Under the pieces are notes generated by a model. That model saw nothing but the letters and a program-made list of their open reading frames with translations. It made no database searches and was not told the DNA's origin. Of a stretch of 64,000 nt of DNA, positions 48,201-59,500 are shown in pieces. The first letter of the stretch is position 1, and every line of letters begins with the position of its first letter. The stretch lies in contig CAWIIP010000004.1 of the NCBI GenBank assembly GCA_963836235.1, positions 704,001 to 768,000 of the forward strand, in the 5' to 3' direction. Source of the stretch: an uncultured Pseudomonadota bacterium (GTDB lineage Bacteria > Oederibacteriota > Muellerivitia > Muellerivitales > Muellerivitaceae). The translations under genes and the position numbers were made by a program.

Positions 48201-49370
48201 CTTCCAGCCAATGTGGCCTACGTGGGTCCTGGGGCCAATAACCCCTCCAGCCTACCGACACCGGTGTATAACCCGACGCTGGATAATTTGACCTGGGTTC
48301 TACCGGTGTTGGCTCCCGGAAACTATGAACTTTCCTATAAGACACAGGTGAACAACACCGTGGCGGCGGGGACGATATTGACGAACCGGGCGGTGATGAC
48401 ACAGCCGGGTTCAGAGCCGGTTACCAGCGCGGTGCCGGTGACGGTTTACGGGTCTTATACGGTGAAGATAGGGGTGTACAACGAGGCCGGGGAACTGATC
48501 GATACCATCTTGACGGAACAATTATCCGCGCCTATTCAGAATATCGTGCTTGCGTCCAGCAACGCGATTACGAGCCTGAACGGGCCTAATAACGCGGTGA
48601 CGATTTATTCTGGAGGAATGCCGATTGGAGTCTGGAACGGGTTGACATCAGGAGGGACCCCGGCCAGTAACGGTATCTACTACGTGAAAGTGGACAATCT
48701 CAGCCCAACAGGAGCGGAGATCAGTACGACCCAACAGGTGACGGTGAGCCGGACGCTTTATACGTCGACAATCTTGATTTACAACGAGGCGGGGGAAGTG
48801 GTGAAGCACCTTTATGCCTATACGGACGACCCGGGTCCGGCGGGGGTGGGATCGGTACAGTTGTCGGCGACAGTGATTCAGCCGGGATCCCCAGGTCCCG
48901 GGACACCCAGCCAGCTGACGATCAGTTTGAGCAATGGGACGACAGTGGTGTGGGATGGGACGAGCGACAGTGGTAGCTATGTTCAGAGCGGGCAGTACCT
49001 AGTGGAAGTCCACACGACGAATGGGACGGGTGGGGAGGAGACGGTGGTGAAAACGGTGATGGTGAATGACCGTAACACTACGATGGGCGCTGGAACAGTG
49101 ACAGCTGGACCAAATGTGTTGAAAGCTTCAAATGGAATATTGACGACGACATTCCGAACAGACTCGTCCCAGAGCCTGACATTGGAAGTGTCGATATACA
49201 CGGTAGCGGGTGAATTGGTGACGAAGGTTGTGGGACAAGCGGGAACCGACCAGGCGACTTGGAACGCTTCAGGTGTCGCCAGCGGTCTTTATCTCGCGGT
49301 GGTGGATTTGACCAATCCCAACGGAAACTCACTCGGCAGGCAAATACTAAAGGTCTTGATCCTGCGTTAA
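45219..49370 (+). CDS. large surface protein 1: jelly-roll + DUF11-like head, ~550-aa Thr-Pro-Asn stalk, DUF11 and three FlgD/T9SS-CTD-like domains
   Basis: Signal ending VFS-QC; [10 protein letters not shown]...[10 protein letters not shown]; NTPT repeats; KTVS...LTY.L....VVVTDTLP (DUF11); three +YN/T.AGE+V...W...SG.Y modules. The real start may be ATG 45237 or 45240. Confidence 0.85.
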   Translation: MESIRTMMRSYLLKRFKAERVSQINTRLLFFFSLFIFSLVVLPSVVFSQCTPTSATFCGGFDDYGVVWINGNQIAVSMGGVGYNSGQSVPCVTVPASDLVAGTNVIAVQAYNSACCYNWATWSLAIGMSNGSTANVTSSSGNVQIYNQPTASGPPPPNSGATTWWAPGYVPSGWAAPVTVVYPPAFYLLPAPNPIGGGLLPPLGADLDGGNGTSTSGTFNGQNANASIYYLQTFNISTSCPTATPVPDLSITKSFLGTAPSDVGANTPVTYVVKTCNSGGPVSGPVTVGDSLFNTSSGNNFFMTNICYNVWQQDTPNCGYGFTNAPDGPNAFGSSSAISWAYPIGFPGYGFCDSVTITVQSYSAGSACSILNNAVLTANGIGPITSNTVSFSTSNNPCSPVPTLTPTNTPTSIPTNTPTPTNTPTNTPTRTPTPTPTITPTNTPTLTPTNTPTPTRTNTPTNTPTLTPTNTPTPTPTNTPTLTPTNTPTMTPTNIPTKTPTNTPTNTPTPTPTNTPTNTPTRTPTPTLTNTPTNTQVNTVTSTTTNTVTASVTNTTTKTTTATTTNTATHTPTPTPTNTPTPTRTNTPTNTSTNTATNTITMTPTNTDIITPTFTSTPTNTPTSTITNTPTPTRTNTATNTPTNTATNTPTNTSTPTPTNTTTNTPTRTPTPTPSNTPTNTATNTRTNTPTNTPTPTTTNTPTNTPTNTATPTPTKTLTNTPTLTPTNTLANSATNTPTNTPTNTPTSTPTNTATPTSTSTPTNTKTNTSTSTPTNTATPTSTSTPTNTKTNTPTSTPTLTATNTPTNTSTNSPTNTPTLTPTNTLANTATNTPTNTSTSTPTNTATPTSTTSPTNTPTLTPTNTLANTATNTPTNTETSTFTNTPTNTVTATATNTATNSATHTPTSTFTSTVTSTATSTPTNSHTSTPTFSPTNSATSTLTATFTSTPTPPAEVTLNKTVSSTSVQDGGALTYSLNLMVTGSSTSGVVVTDTLPANVAYVGPGANNPSSLPTPVYNPTLDNLTWVLPVLAPGNYELSYKTQVNNTVAAGTILTNRAVMTQPGSEPVTSAVPVTVYGSYTVKIGVYNEAGELIDTILTEQLSAPIQNIVLASSNAITSLNGPNNAVTIYSGGMPIGVWNGLTSGGTPASNGIYYVKVDNLSPTGAEISTTQQVTVSRTLYTSTILIYNEAGEVVKHLYAYTDDPGPAGVGSVQLSATVIQPGSPGPGTPSQLTISLSNGTTVVWDGTSDSGSYVQSGQYLVEVHTTNGTGGEETVVKTVMVNDRNTTMGAGTVTAGPNVLKASNGILTTTFRTDSSQSLTLEVSIYTVAGELVTKVVGQAGTDQATWNASGVASGLYLAVVDLTNPNGNSLGRQILKVLILR
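47538..49252 (+). repeat. direct repeat copy 1 (~1.7 kb; copy 2 at +6977 bp)
   Basis: No differences from 54515-56229 seen on visual alignment; identical shadow ORFs recur at offset 6977. Confidence 0.93.
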
Positions 49371-49414
49371 CAGAGTATCAAAAAATGATTGTCACTTTGC
49401 TTGAAACCCGTCAA

Positions 49415-50581
49415 CTAATTTTTAGAAAGCTTTTCAAGCATTGAGTTGGCTTCGTTCAAGAGCGGATGGCCTTCCTGGAAAAGTGACCTCAATATCCCGA
49501 TGGATTGTTTTAGGTTTTCCTGGGCCAAGGCTCTTTTGCCGAGAGTCGTCTCGACTTCCGCCAACCGCATGAGGTCGATGGCTACTTGTGGATGATGGAG
49601 GCCGAAAACCTTTTTTTCAGCCATCAGGGCGTTTTGCCATAAAACCTCCTCGGCTTGGGGATCGCCTGCGCCCTGGTAAGCTTTGGCAAGCCGTTTCATA
49701 TAGGGAAGAGCCGGATACTCCATATAAGTTCCCACTAAAGGTTTGTCTATTTTGAGGGCTGACTCATAAAGGGGTTTGGCTTTTTCGTTTTGATTTTGGG
49801 AATGATAAAAGTCACCCAGGTTTTCCATGGCATCCGCCAAATGAACGTCATTGGAGGGGAAGTTCTTTTGCGCGTAAGCTAAAGCCTCTTGAAGAGTGGA
49901 TTCAGATTTAGGAATAAAGCCTTCGCGCCGATAGGTTTCGGCCAGGTTGTTGAAAAGATGGAGCGTTAAGTCGGGATCGGCATTTGTGTTTTTATCCTGC
50001 GCCATAACTGCTTTTTCGAAGAGGGACTGGGCTGAGATGTTATTCTTAAGGTTGATCTCAACCCTTCCTAAAAGTTCAAGGGATTGAGCAAAGGCCAAAG
50101 GGGTACTCGAGGAATTTTCTTGGCGTGTGGAGAGAGATCTTTTTTCCAAAACCTCCGCCTCTTGAAAACGCCCCAAGTCGTTGTAAAGCGCCGCCAGTTG
50201 GTCCTGGGAATCCGCAACAGATAAGTCTTTCGGGCCCAGATTTTTTTCCCTGAGGGCTAAGCCCCATTTGATTTCCTCCTCGGCTTTTCCGTATTCGGCC
50301 AAATAGCGATGGAGACTTGCCGAGTCATTAAGGATTGGAACCAACAGTGGGTGAATCGGGCCATAGCGGTCTTGGGCAATTCTTAATGCTTTTTCCTCGG
50401 ATAAGATGGCTTGGTGGAATTTTCCTTCCCGAACTTGATAAACGGCCATCGTGCGTGAGACACCAAAAACACCCTCATCTATCAATGGTTCAGCGGCAGA
50501 GGCCAAGCCAACGCACTCTATCCAAAGGATGGTTAGCATGGTGAATATGCCCATATCCCGGTTAATTTGACCGCAAGTCAT
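49415..50581 (-). CDS. tetratricopeptide-repeat protein (kinesin-light-chain-like 42-aa repeats)
   Basis: Repeats such as YGPIHPLLVPILND.A.L, LGPKDLSVADSQDQLAALY and FGLHHPQVAIDL. Confidence 0.88.
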   Translation of the reverse strand: MTCGQINRDMGIFTMLTILWIECVGLASAAEPLIDEGVFGVSRTMAVYQVREGKFHQAILSEEKALRIAQDRYGPIHPLLVPILNDSASLHRYLAEYGKAEEEIKWGLALREKNLGPKDLSVADSQDQLAALYNDLGRFQEAEVLEKRSLSTRQENSSSTPLAFAQSLELLGRVEINLKNNISAQSLFEKAVMAQDKNTNADPDLTLHLFNNLAETYRREGFIPKSESTLQEALAYAQKNFPSNDVHLADAMENLGDFYHSQNQNEKAKPLYESALKIDKPLVGTYMEYPALPYMKRLAKAYQGAGDPQAEEVLWQNALMAEKKVFGLHHPQVAIDLMRLAEVETTLGKRALAQENLKQSIGILRSLFQEGHPLLNEANSMLEKLSKN

Positions 50582-51798
50582 TGCTGGAATCCTTTATCGT
50601 CATCCAAGGGCATGGGGGTAGGAACCAATTGTAGTGGGTCCCCAAAGGGATTGATGTGGCAGGACGGCCCCAGTGTGCCGATGTTGGCATCTCTTTCAAA
50701 TTCATCGAGCCAATTTGAAGCTGAACCGCCATCAATGGAATATACCTCTCTCGAAAGGTGGGGGCCCCCATCAAAGGTCAAGTTAGCCGCGTCGGGAAGG
50801 CCGCCGGAATTACCGACGTCGGAGAGAACGTAACAATCTTCACAACCGGGTGAATTCTTGGAAGGGTGCCCCGAGTCGGTTTGAAAAACTAAAAACCAAC
50901 ATTCGGGCGAGAAGTTAGAGGTTCTTGAATCATCGAAACCGACTGTCACCCACTGGAAGTTCGTGTCGGCTTTAGCCGGAATAAGGGCAACTCCTGAATG
51001 GACTGGAAAGGTTTTGTGGATTTGGAATTCGTTTTTCAGAATAAGATAATTCAACGGATATCTGGGGTTTCCTTGCTTTTTAACCCGCAAAACGAAGCTC
51101 GTAGCCTGAAAACCACAATGAAAGTGCAAGGCTTGTCCCTGGAGTATTTGGTGGGTCTTATCGTTAGACCCTTCGTTTCCGCAGATGGGCCGGAGCCCCG
51201 GGTCGTCGTAGGGATTTCCCTGGGATTGTTTCCCTTCACCATAAACCACATAGACGGGTTCTTGATTCAGCTCCTTCCAATGATTGTCTTTGAAAAGCAT
51301 TACGTTTGCGGCGGGATCAGGGCTACCGTCATTAGGATGAGAGTGGTTCATAACATCGGTCGACAGGAAGGAAGCGTAATTGGAAGGACCAATTACGCCC
51401 ACGGCGTGGTCGCCTCCCCTTTTGACATCCTGCTCCAAAACCAAGTGATAGACTTTTCCTTTTAAGAGGGGCTGGGGATCCAGGGGGATGGTGGTCCAAC
51501 TATGGGGGCAGGGAATGTAGCTGGAAAAGGCAAGAAGTTCTCCAGAAGGCGATCCGTTATCGTCCGACTGTAGGCTCACCTGATAGGCGGGCGGTTTCGA
51601 TGCAGCCACGCAATAGACGGCTACGGCCGATAAATTCATATTGTCTTGGCAGGTAAATCGGAAAGAGAGTTTCGTGTCGGAAGTGTCGAGGATGTTGGAA
51701 AGTCTTTTATTGGCAACGAACCAGTTGCCAAAATCAGCCCAAGCCCCGGAGGCTACCAACAGAAAGGTGCCGAAAAAAATATATTTTAAAAAAGACAT
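50578..51798 (-). CDS. secreted protein with two tandem beta-sandwich repeats, Cys-rich
   Basis: Signal peptide ending AWA; two units ending W.T+......Y/W.LV; ATGA overlap with the TPR gene. Confidence 0.7.
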   Translation of the reverse strand: MSFLKYIFFGTFLLVASGAWADFGNWFVANKRLSNILDTSDTKLSFRFTCQDNMNLSAVAVYCVAASKPPAYQVSLQSDDNGSPSGELLAFSSYIPCPHSWTTIPLDPQPLLKGKVYHLVLEQDVKRGGDHAVGVIGPSNYASFLSTDVMNHSHPNDGSPDPAANVMLFKDNHWKELNQEPVYVVYGEGKQSQGNPYDDPGLRPICGNEGSNDKTHQILQGQALHFHCGFQATSFVLRVKKQGNPRYPLNYLILKNEFQIHKTFPVHSGVALIPAKADTNFQWVTVGFDDSRTSNFSPECWFLVFQTDSGHPSKNSPGCEDCYVLSDVGNSGGLPDAANLTFDGGPHLSREVYSIDGGSASNWLDEFERDANIGTLGPSCHINPFGDPLQLVPTPMPLDDDKGFQQ

Positions 51799-52084
51799 GC
51801 TTCATCCTAGCATATTTCAAGATGGTCCAGAGCCGATGGGTAAGGGTTGAACACAATGTATTTGAGGAGTTTTACGACTATTTAGGCGTGAGCGAATTGA
51901 AAATGATTTAGAGTGGGGACCAATGCAGATGGGCTAAATGGTTTAAAAAATCTTCAAATGCTTAAATTCGGTGATAAAACAGCTAAAATCCTCAAATGGC
52001 TGGAACAAACTTGTCGGGTGATTTCGGAAAAAGGGTGATAAAATATATGGTATTTTAAGGATAAAGTATTAACTGGGTGAAAAA

Positions 52085-55000
52085 GTGTTTTTGAAAATCC
52101 AATCAATTTTTTTCAAACGATATGAGCTCAAAAGTGGTGTTTTAGTCAGCTCCATTTGCCTTGGGGTTGTTTTTTTATTTCTTTTTCATTCGGCGGCTTA
52201 TTCCCAATGTGCCTACGGCGCGGGTGGGTGTACTTTTACCCAAACGGCTAACAACGATACTTGTCCAGGAACATCTCCAAGTCCAAATTATAATTCTATC
52301 AACCAGTTTTATGCCTATGGAGGATCGGGCGTGTCGGTCCTTTACTGCGGGGGGATAAATACGAACCCCAATACCAGTACAACTAGCACTACCATCAGTC
52401 TGGCGGGCTGTACTTTTCCCTCTGGTGCAGTGATTCAGGCGGCTTATCTGGAAATTGTAGAAAATGCCAGCAGCAATACTTATAGTACCGCCCCTGTTTC
52501 GGTTGCGGGGGTTGTTACTGGAGCTGGAGTCCTAGTAGGGCAAAGTAATTTCTCCAATGCTTGGGTTGACCCCAGGTTCGGATTGGATGGCGGCTGGTAT
52601 TTTACCCAGTTTTACTCCAATATTCGTTACAACGTCACTGGCTTAGTTTCAACAGCTTCTACGTCTTATACGATCAACTATTCAACTATTACAGGCGTTA
52701 CTCCTTATAGCGAGTCCCTAGTCGTGGTCTACACGGTTCCCGCACCGGGTATTTGCGGGGCTGTCGCTTTGGGCGACGGGCTTTTCGCTTGGGACCAAGG
52801 CGATAATTACAACGCAACTGGAAATGCCAACTATTTGGATTATGGAGTCACTCCTTTTGCTTCCACGTTAAATATGAGTTGTGTTCAGGGTCAAACCTGT
52901 GGCAACAACCAATTTTCTGATTTCGGTGGTGTTCAGGACCCCGTGAATGTCTCCGGCGACTACACTGATCAATTTTTCGGGGTGAGCAATCCCACTTCGC
53001 TTACCGCTCCCGCGTTTTCTTCCGCACCGGGAGTATTTAACGCGACTTGGGGTGGAGGGGGAGAGTGGGCCTTCATGGACTCTTACTCGAACGTTCCCAA
53101 TTCGGGCCCTGGACAAATTACGTGGGCTTTGGGAGATGGAAACTTACAGAGCACCAAAGATGCCTGGTGGGCGAATCTTTTGGCGGCGTCCTCCAATTGC
53201 ACATGCATTACACCCACTCCAACTCCAACGCCTACTAATACGCCTAGTCCAACGGTGATGAATACCGCTACCAAAACTCCGACGAATACGCCGACACTTA
53301 CACCAACCCATACTCCCACTCCAACGCCCACGAATACGCCTACCCCGACGCCGACTCTTACTCCGACAAATACTTTAACCAACACAGCTACTCCAACACC
53401 TACCAATACGCCTACCCTCACTCGGACCAACACACCCACGAATACAGCGACATTGACCCCAACCAATACAACCACAAACACAAAGACTAATACGCCGACC
53501 CCAACACCGACGAATACACCTACTCTTACTCTCTCCAACACAGCGACTCTAACTCCAACTAATACCACCACACTCACTCGAACGAATACTCCGACCAATA
53601 CGCCGACTTTGACTCCCACGAATACTCCGACAAATACCCCTACGCCTACCACCACGAACACTCCCACCAATACAGCCACAAACACACCCACATTGACGCA
53701 TACTCCTACACCGACGAATACTCCGACGAATACACTGGCCAATACAGCGACCAATACAGCCACAAATACAACCACGAATACGACTACGAATACCGCAACG
53801 CTCACTCAGACAAACACTCCGACCAATACGCCAACTTTGACTCGGACTAATACTCCTACAAATACCACTACTCCAACACCGACTAATACCCCCACGAATA
53901 CGCCTACCAATACGCCTACTCCAACGTTCACAAATACTCCTACAAACACCCCGACGAATACCCCTACCAATACGTCGACACCTACGCCCACTAATACAAC
54001 CACGAACACACCCACCCGGACCCCGACACCGACTCCGTCAAATACACCCACCAATACACTGGCCAATACCGCGACTAACACAGCCACCAACACAGCCACG
54101 AATACACCCACCAATACCGCTACGAATACCCGGACTAACACTCCCACGAATACCCCGACACCCACTACTACAAACACGCCCACAAACACACCTACGAATA
54201 CGGCTACTCCGACGCCGACTAAAACTCTTACCAATACCCCTACGCTGACGCCGACGAATACGCTGGCAAATAGCGCGACGAATACCCCGACCAATACCCC
54301 GACCAGTACACCCACCAATACCGCTACTCCAACCTCCACAAGCACACCCACCAACACCAAGACCAATACACCGACAAGTACTCCGACACTTACGGCCACC
54401 AACACTCCGACGAATACTTCCACGAATAGTCCAACCAATACCCCTACGCTGACGCCGACGAATACGCTGGCAAATAGCGCGACGAATACCCCGACCAATA
54501 CCCCGACCAGTACACCCACCAATACCGCTACTCCAACCTCCACAAGCACACCCACCAACACCAAGACCAATACACCGACAAGTACTCCGACACTTACGGC
54601 CACCAACACTCCGACGAATACTTCCACGAATAGTCCAACCAATACCCCTACGCTGACGCCGACGAATACGCTGGCGAATACCGCGACGAATACTCCGACT
54701 AACACCTCAACCAGTACACCCACCAATACCGCTACTCCGACCTCCACGACCAGTCCTACAAATACTCCTACACTGACGCCTACCAATACGCTGGCGAATA
54801 CCGCAACCAATACGCCCACCAACACCGAAACTTCGACTTTTACTAATACTCCTACGAATACAGTCACGGCGACTGCCACGAATACCGCTACCAATAGCGC
54901 GACCCACACCCCGACTAGTACCTTTACTTCCACCGTGACGTCCACGGCAACATCCACTCCCACGAATAGTCATACGTCCACGCCTACCTTCAGCCCCACG

Positions 55001-56347
55001 AACAGCGCTACTTCCACACTGACCGCGACCTTTACTTCCACCCCCACGCCGCCGGCGGAAGTGACCCTGAATAAAACCGTTTCATCTACTTCGGTGCAGG
55101 ATGGAGGTGCCTTGACCTATAGCCTGAACCTTATGGTTACTGGGAGTAGCACTTCAGGGGTGGTAGTGACGGACACTCTTCCAGCCAATGTGGCCTACGT
55201 GGGTCCTGGGGCCAATAACCCCTCCAGCCTACCGACACCGGTGTATAACCCGACGCTGGATAATTTGACCTGGGTTCTACCGGTGTTGGCTCCCGGAAAC
55301 TATGAACTTTCCTATAAGACACAGGTGAACAACACCGTGGCGGCGGGGACGATATTGACGAACCGGGCGGTGATGACACAGCCGGGTTCAGAGCCGGTTA
55401 CCAGCGCGGTGCCGGTGACGGTTTACGGGTCTTATACGGTGAAGATAGGGGTGTACAACGAGGCCGGGGAACTGATCGATACCATCTTGACGGAACAATT
55501 ATCCGCGCCTATTCAGAATATCGTGCTTGCGTCCAGCAACGCGATTACGAGCCTGAACGGGCCTAATAACGCGGTGACGATTTATTCTGGAGGAATGCCG
55601 ATTGGAGTCTGGAACGGGTTGACATCAGGAGGGACCCCGGCCAGTAACGGTATCTACTACGTGAAAGTGGACAATCTCAGCCCAACAGGAGCGGAGATCA
55701 GTACGACCCAACAGGTGACGGTGAGCCGGACGCTTTATACGTCGACAATCTTGATTTACAACGAGGCGGGGGAAGTGGTGAAGCACCTTTATGCCTATAC
55801 GGACGACCCGGGTCCGGCGGGGGTGGGATCGGTACAGTTGTCGGCGACAGTGATTCAGCCGGGATCCCCAGGTCCCGGGACACCCAGCCAGCTGACGATC
55901 AGTTTGAGCAATGGGACGACAGTGGTGTGGGATGGGACGAGCGACAGTGGTAGCTATGTTCAGAGCGGGCAGTACCTAGTGGAAGTCCACACGACGAATG
56001 GGACGGGTGGGGAGGAGACGGTGGTGAAAACGGTGATGGTGAATGACCGTAACACTACGATGGGCGCTGGAACAGTGACAGCTGGACCAAATGTGTTGAA
56101 AGCTTCAAATGGAATATTGACGACGACATTCCGAACAGACTCGTCCCAGAGCCTGACATTGGAAGTGTCGATATACACGGTAGCGGGTGAATTGGTGACG
56201 AAGGTTGTGGGACAAGCGGGAACCGACCAAGCCACTTGGAACGCCTCAGGTATCGCCAGCGGCCTTTATCTCGCGGTGGTGGATTTGACCAATCCCAACG
56301 GAAACTCACTCGGTAGGCAAATAATAAAAGTTCTAATGGTCAAATAA
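52085..56347 (+). CDS. large surface protein 2: distinct Cys-rich head, Thr-Pro-Asn stalk, same DUF11 + FlgD/T9SS-CTD-like tail as protein 1
   Basis: Signal ending AYS-QC; head with [11 protein letters not shown]...YNVTGLV...SLVVVY; C-terminal ~600 aa almost identical to 45219-49370. Confidence 0.85.
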   Translation: MFLKIQSIFFKRYELKSGVLVSSICLGVVFLFLFHSAAYSQCAYGAGGCTFTQTANNDTCPGTSPSPNYNSINQFYAYGGSGVSVLYCGGINTNPNTSTTSTTISLAGCTFPSGAVIQAAYLEIVENASSNTYSTAPVSVAGVVTGAGVLVGQSNFSNAWVDPRFGLDGGWYFTQFYSNIRYNVTGLVSTASTSYTINYSTITGVTPYSESLVVVYTVPAPGICGAVALGDGLFAWDQGDNYNATGNANYLDYGVTPFASTLNMSCVQGQTCGNNQFSDFGGVQDPVNVSGDYTDQFFGVSNPTSLTAPAFSSAPGVFNATWGGGGEWAFMDSYSNVPNSGPGQITWALGDGNLQSTKDAWWANLLAASSNCTCITPTPTPTPTNTPSPTVMNTATKTPTNTPTLTPTHTPTPTPTNTPTPTPTLTPTNTLTNTATPTPTNTPTLTRTNTPTNTATLTPTNTTTNTKTNTPTPTPTNTPTLTLSNTATLTPTNTTTLTRTNTPTNTPTLTPTNTPTNTPTPTTTNTPTNTATNTPTLTHTPTPTNTPTNTLANTATNTATNTTTNTTTNTATLTQTNTPTNTPTLTRTNTPTNTTTPTPTNTPTNTPTNTPTPTFTNTPTNTPTNTPTNTSTPTPTNTTTNTPTRTPTPTPSNTPTNTLANTATNTATNTATNTPTNTATNTRTNTPTNTPTPTTTNTPTNTPTNTATPTPTKTLTNTPTLTPTNTLANSATNTPTNTPTSTPTNTATPTSTSTPTNTKTNTPTSTPTLTATNTPTNTSTNSPTNTPTLTPTNTLANSATNTPTNTPTSTPTNTATPTSTSTPTNTKTNTPTSTPTLTATNTPTNTSTNSPTNTPTLTPTNTLANTATNTPTNTSTSTPTNTATPTSTTSPTNTPTLTPTNTLANTATNTPTNTETSTFTNTPTNTVTATATNTATNSATHTPTSTFTSTVTSTATSTPTNSHTSTPTFSPTNSATSTLTATFTSTPTPPAEVTLNKTVSSTSVQDGGALTYSLNLMVTGSSTSGVVVTDTLPANVAYVGPGANNPSSLPTPVYNPTLDNLTWVLPVLAPGNYELSYKTQVNNTVAAGTILTNRAVMTQPGSEPVTSAVPVTVYGSYTVKIGVYNEAGELIDTILTEQLSAPIQNIVLASSNAITSLNGPNNAVTIYSGGMPIGVWNGLTSGGTPASNGIYYVKVDNLSPTGAEISTTQQVTVSRTLYTSTILIYNEAGEVVKHLYAYTDDPGPAGVGSVQLSATVIQPGSPGPGTPSQLTISLSNGTTVVWDGTSDSGSYVQSGQYLVEVHTTNGTGGEETVVKTVMVNDRNTTMGAGTVTAGPNVLKASNGILTTTFRTDSSQSLTLEVSIYTVAGELVTKVVGQAGTDQATWNASGIASGLYLAVVDLTNPNGNSLGRQIIKVLMVK
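54230..54675 (+). repeat. 204-bp in-frame tandem repeat (~2.2 copies) in the stalk
   Basis: ACCAATACCCCTACGCTGACGCCGACGAATACGCTGGC recurs at 54230, 54434 and 54638, with matching sequence in between. Confidence 0.88.
54515..56229 (+). repeat. direct repeat copy 2
   Basis: Matches 47538-49252; scattered substitutions start only in the last ~120 nt of each gene. Confidence 0.93.
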
Positions 56348-56545
56348 AATTATCTCAAACATCGCGCTGTGTTTTTCCAAAAGTCCTTAATTTCCAAAGG
56401 TTTTGGAGATGCTTCGCTCCATTTGCGACCTTGGGATTTTTAAAATCCAACAATGAGTTCCTCTTTACGGTAAGGCACCCCGATCTGGTATATTCGTCTG
56501 ATCCAAAAACTGGCATGGTTTACGGTCGGGAATCCCAAGCCCATC

Positions 56546-59500
56546 ATGATTAAATTTTTAAAATCTCTTACCCCCAAAACAAGGATATTGTTGGCCTTTA
56601 TCCTCGGCGGAATCGTCATTTTGTTTTTTGGCATTACTTTGGTTGGGTTTTTGTCCGCCCGCCGGAGCATGGAGAAAGTCAATCAATACGATGTCGCCAT
56701 CGGCCTGGCCCGCCAAACCGACGCCGACTTTCAATTGTCCATTTCGAAGGGTAAAAATTTCGCCATTTTGAAGGACGAGACGAATAGAGCTCTTGCCTTA
56801 GAGTATTTTAAGAAAGCGCAGGATACTTTCGTCCAGTTATCCAAGGCGGAAGGAGATCCGGTAGGAAAGAATCTTCTTTTCCGCATAGGGGCGGGTCTCC
56901 ATAATGTGGAGTTTTCCCTTGGGATACTCATTTCAACGGCAAAAAAATCCGATTCAGCAGAGAAACTTTATTCCAAATATCTAAAAGACATCACCATTGA
57001 TTTTGATAACGCGAGCCAAGCCTATGTGGATTACTTAGAAGAAAAAATCCATTCCGCGCAATCGGACTCGATTTCTGAAACTCAAAGCGATCTCTTCTTC
57101 GCCTTTGCGGGCGCCCTCCTGGCTTTGGTGGGAATGGGAATCAGTTATTCTATCGCCAATAGTCTGAACCAGGCCCTCCAAAACGAAACGAGCCTAGAGG
57201 AAAGGTATCGGGTACTCACAGAAATAACTGAAGAAAGCATCATGATCCATGACCAAGGGATCGTTGTGGACGTGAATCCTGCGTTGGCCCGGCTTCTTGG
57301 TTACGAAATACCTGAAATTATTGGACGACATATTTCGGAGTTTTCCGATTCTTCTTCCGCGAGAATGACGGAAGAATACCTAAAAAGAGGTTATCCGAAG
57401 GGGAGCTATGAAATTACGGGGATCCGCAAGAATGGGACTGCGTTTCCACTTTTGGTTCACGGCCATGACCTAGTTTATAAGGGGCGAAAATTAAGAGCCT
57501 CCAGCGGTTGGGACCTGACGGAATGGAAAAAAGCTGAAAAGGCCATTCTTGAAAACCAGGAAAGGTTTAAACGTTTTGCCGAGGTAACCAAAGAGGGTAT
57601 TCTTATCCATGAAAACGGAATTGTCATCGATATCAATCAGGCGTTGCTGGACATGGTGGGGCTGACCTTCGCCGATCTCGTTGGAACGGACGGTACTTCG
57701 GTCCTGTCGGTTAAATCGGCGGAACAAATACGAAAGTTTCGAAAGGAAGGCTATCCGAACGATCCCTATGAAATTGTCCTTCGGCACAAAGACGGAACTT
57801 TGTTTCCGGCAGAAGTCCACGGCCGAAATTTCAGTTTTGAGGGGAAAAGGCTTCGGGTGGCCAGCTTCTGGAATATAACGGAAAGGAAAAAGGCTGAGAA
57901 GGCCCTTTTTGAAAGCGAAAACCGGTTCAAGAGATTCGCTGAGATCAGTAAAGAAGGGATTTTTATCAATGAGGAAGAAAAGATCATTGATTTGAATAGT
58001 ACCTTGGCCCACATGCTTGGCTACGAGTTGAAGGAAATTATTGGAACGGAAGCCATCGGTTACGTCACCCCGGAAACGACCCATATTGCCCGAACGAAGT
58101 TAAAAGAAAAGAGCGATGAGCCTTATGAAATTGAATTGCGGCGCAAAAACGGAACTGTTTTTCCAGCCGAAATTCACGACCGCAATTATTCCTTGGGAGG
58201 GAAATCCATCCGGGTAACCAGTGTTTGGAATGTTACCGAACGAAAGGCCGCCGAGGAAGCCCTTCGTGAAAGTAAGGATCGATTTCAACGGCTCGCTGAA
58301 GTGACTCAGGAAGGCATTATGATACATGACCGGGGTACCGTTGTGGACGTGAACCCGGCATTGGCTTCCATGCTGGGTTACCCGATTTCGGAAATGTTGG
58401 GAAAGGAAAAATTCAGTTTTCTTGCCTCAGAGTCGATAGAAATCGTTCGTAAACACGTGGAGGACAACTATCGCCAACCTTACGAAATCACTGCCCAACG
58501 TAAAGACGGATCCACTTTTCCAGCTGAAATCATTGGACAAAATTTCAGGCATAACGGAAAAGAGTTGAGAGTAGCCAGCATTTGGGATATTACCGAACGC
58601 AAGAAAGCTGAGGAAGCTTTACGACAATCCGAATCGAAGTTTCGGGGCTTGATCGAAAATTCTTATGATTTGATAACCCTTCTAGATCCACAAGGTCGAC
58701 GTCTATATGAGAGCCCTTCAATGGAACGAATATTGGGATACAAACCCGGGGAGCGAAAAGGAGTTACTTTCGATACTCAGCCCCCTGAGGATCAAGAAAA
58801 GGCTCGGAAAGTTTTCGCTGAAGTACTAGCCAATCCCGGTGTGCCTTATAAGGTTGAATTAAGGGCCCGGCATAAAGATGGACATCTGATTAATGCGGAA
58901 ATGGTTCTCACCAATCTTTTGAATGATCCTGCGGTAGGGGGGATTGTCGTCAATGGTCGGGACGTGACCGCTAAAGTCAAGGCGGAGGAAGCCTTGCGAA
59001 AATCCGAGGAACATTTCCGCAGTCTAATCGAGAAGTCCCACGATGTTATTTCCTTGCTACAACCAGACGGAGTGACACATTACGTCAGCCCCTCCATAAA
59101 AGAAGCACTCGGTTATGATCCTAGCGAAAGGATTGGACGTCCTTTCCATGAAATTGTACATCCTGAGGATCTGGAGGGAATTCAGAGTTTTTTAAAATAT
59201 TTATCCAGAAACCCGAATATTACCGTTACATCGGAGGCCCGTGTACGGCATAAGGATGGGCGTTGGCGGCACGTGGAGGGGAGCGCAACGAATCTTCTAG
59301 ATAATCCGGACATCGGGGCAATTGTCCTGAACTACCGAGATATCACCGAAAAAGTCGAAGCTGAGAAGGAACGACGCCAGTCGGAGGAGAATTTCAGGAA
59401 CCTAATCGAAAAAGCCCCCGACGCTGTCTTGGTCAGCCAAGGTGAAAAAATCGTCTATGTCAATCCGAAGATCCTGTATTTGCTGGGATATGACGATAAA

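Noticed and set aside
47538-56229. Repeat pair as a diversity-generating retroelement TR/VR or composite transposon
   Set aside because: No reverse transcriptase or transposase; the differences at the 3' ends are not adenine-specific; both copies are coding parts of full genes.
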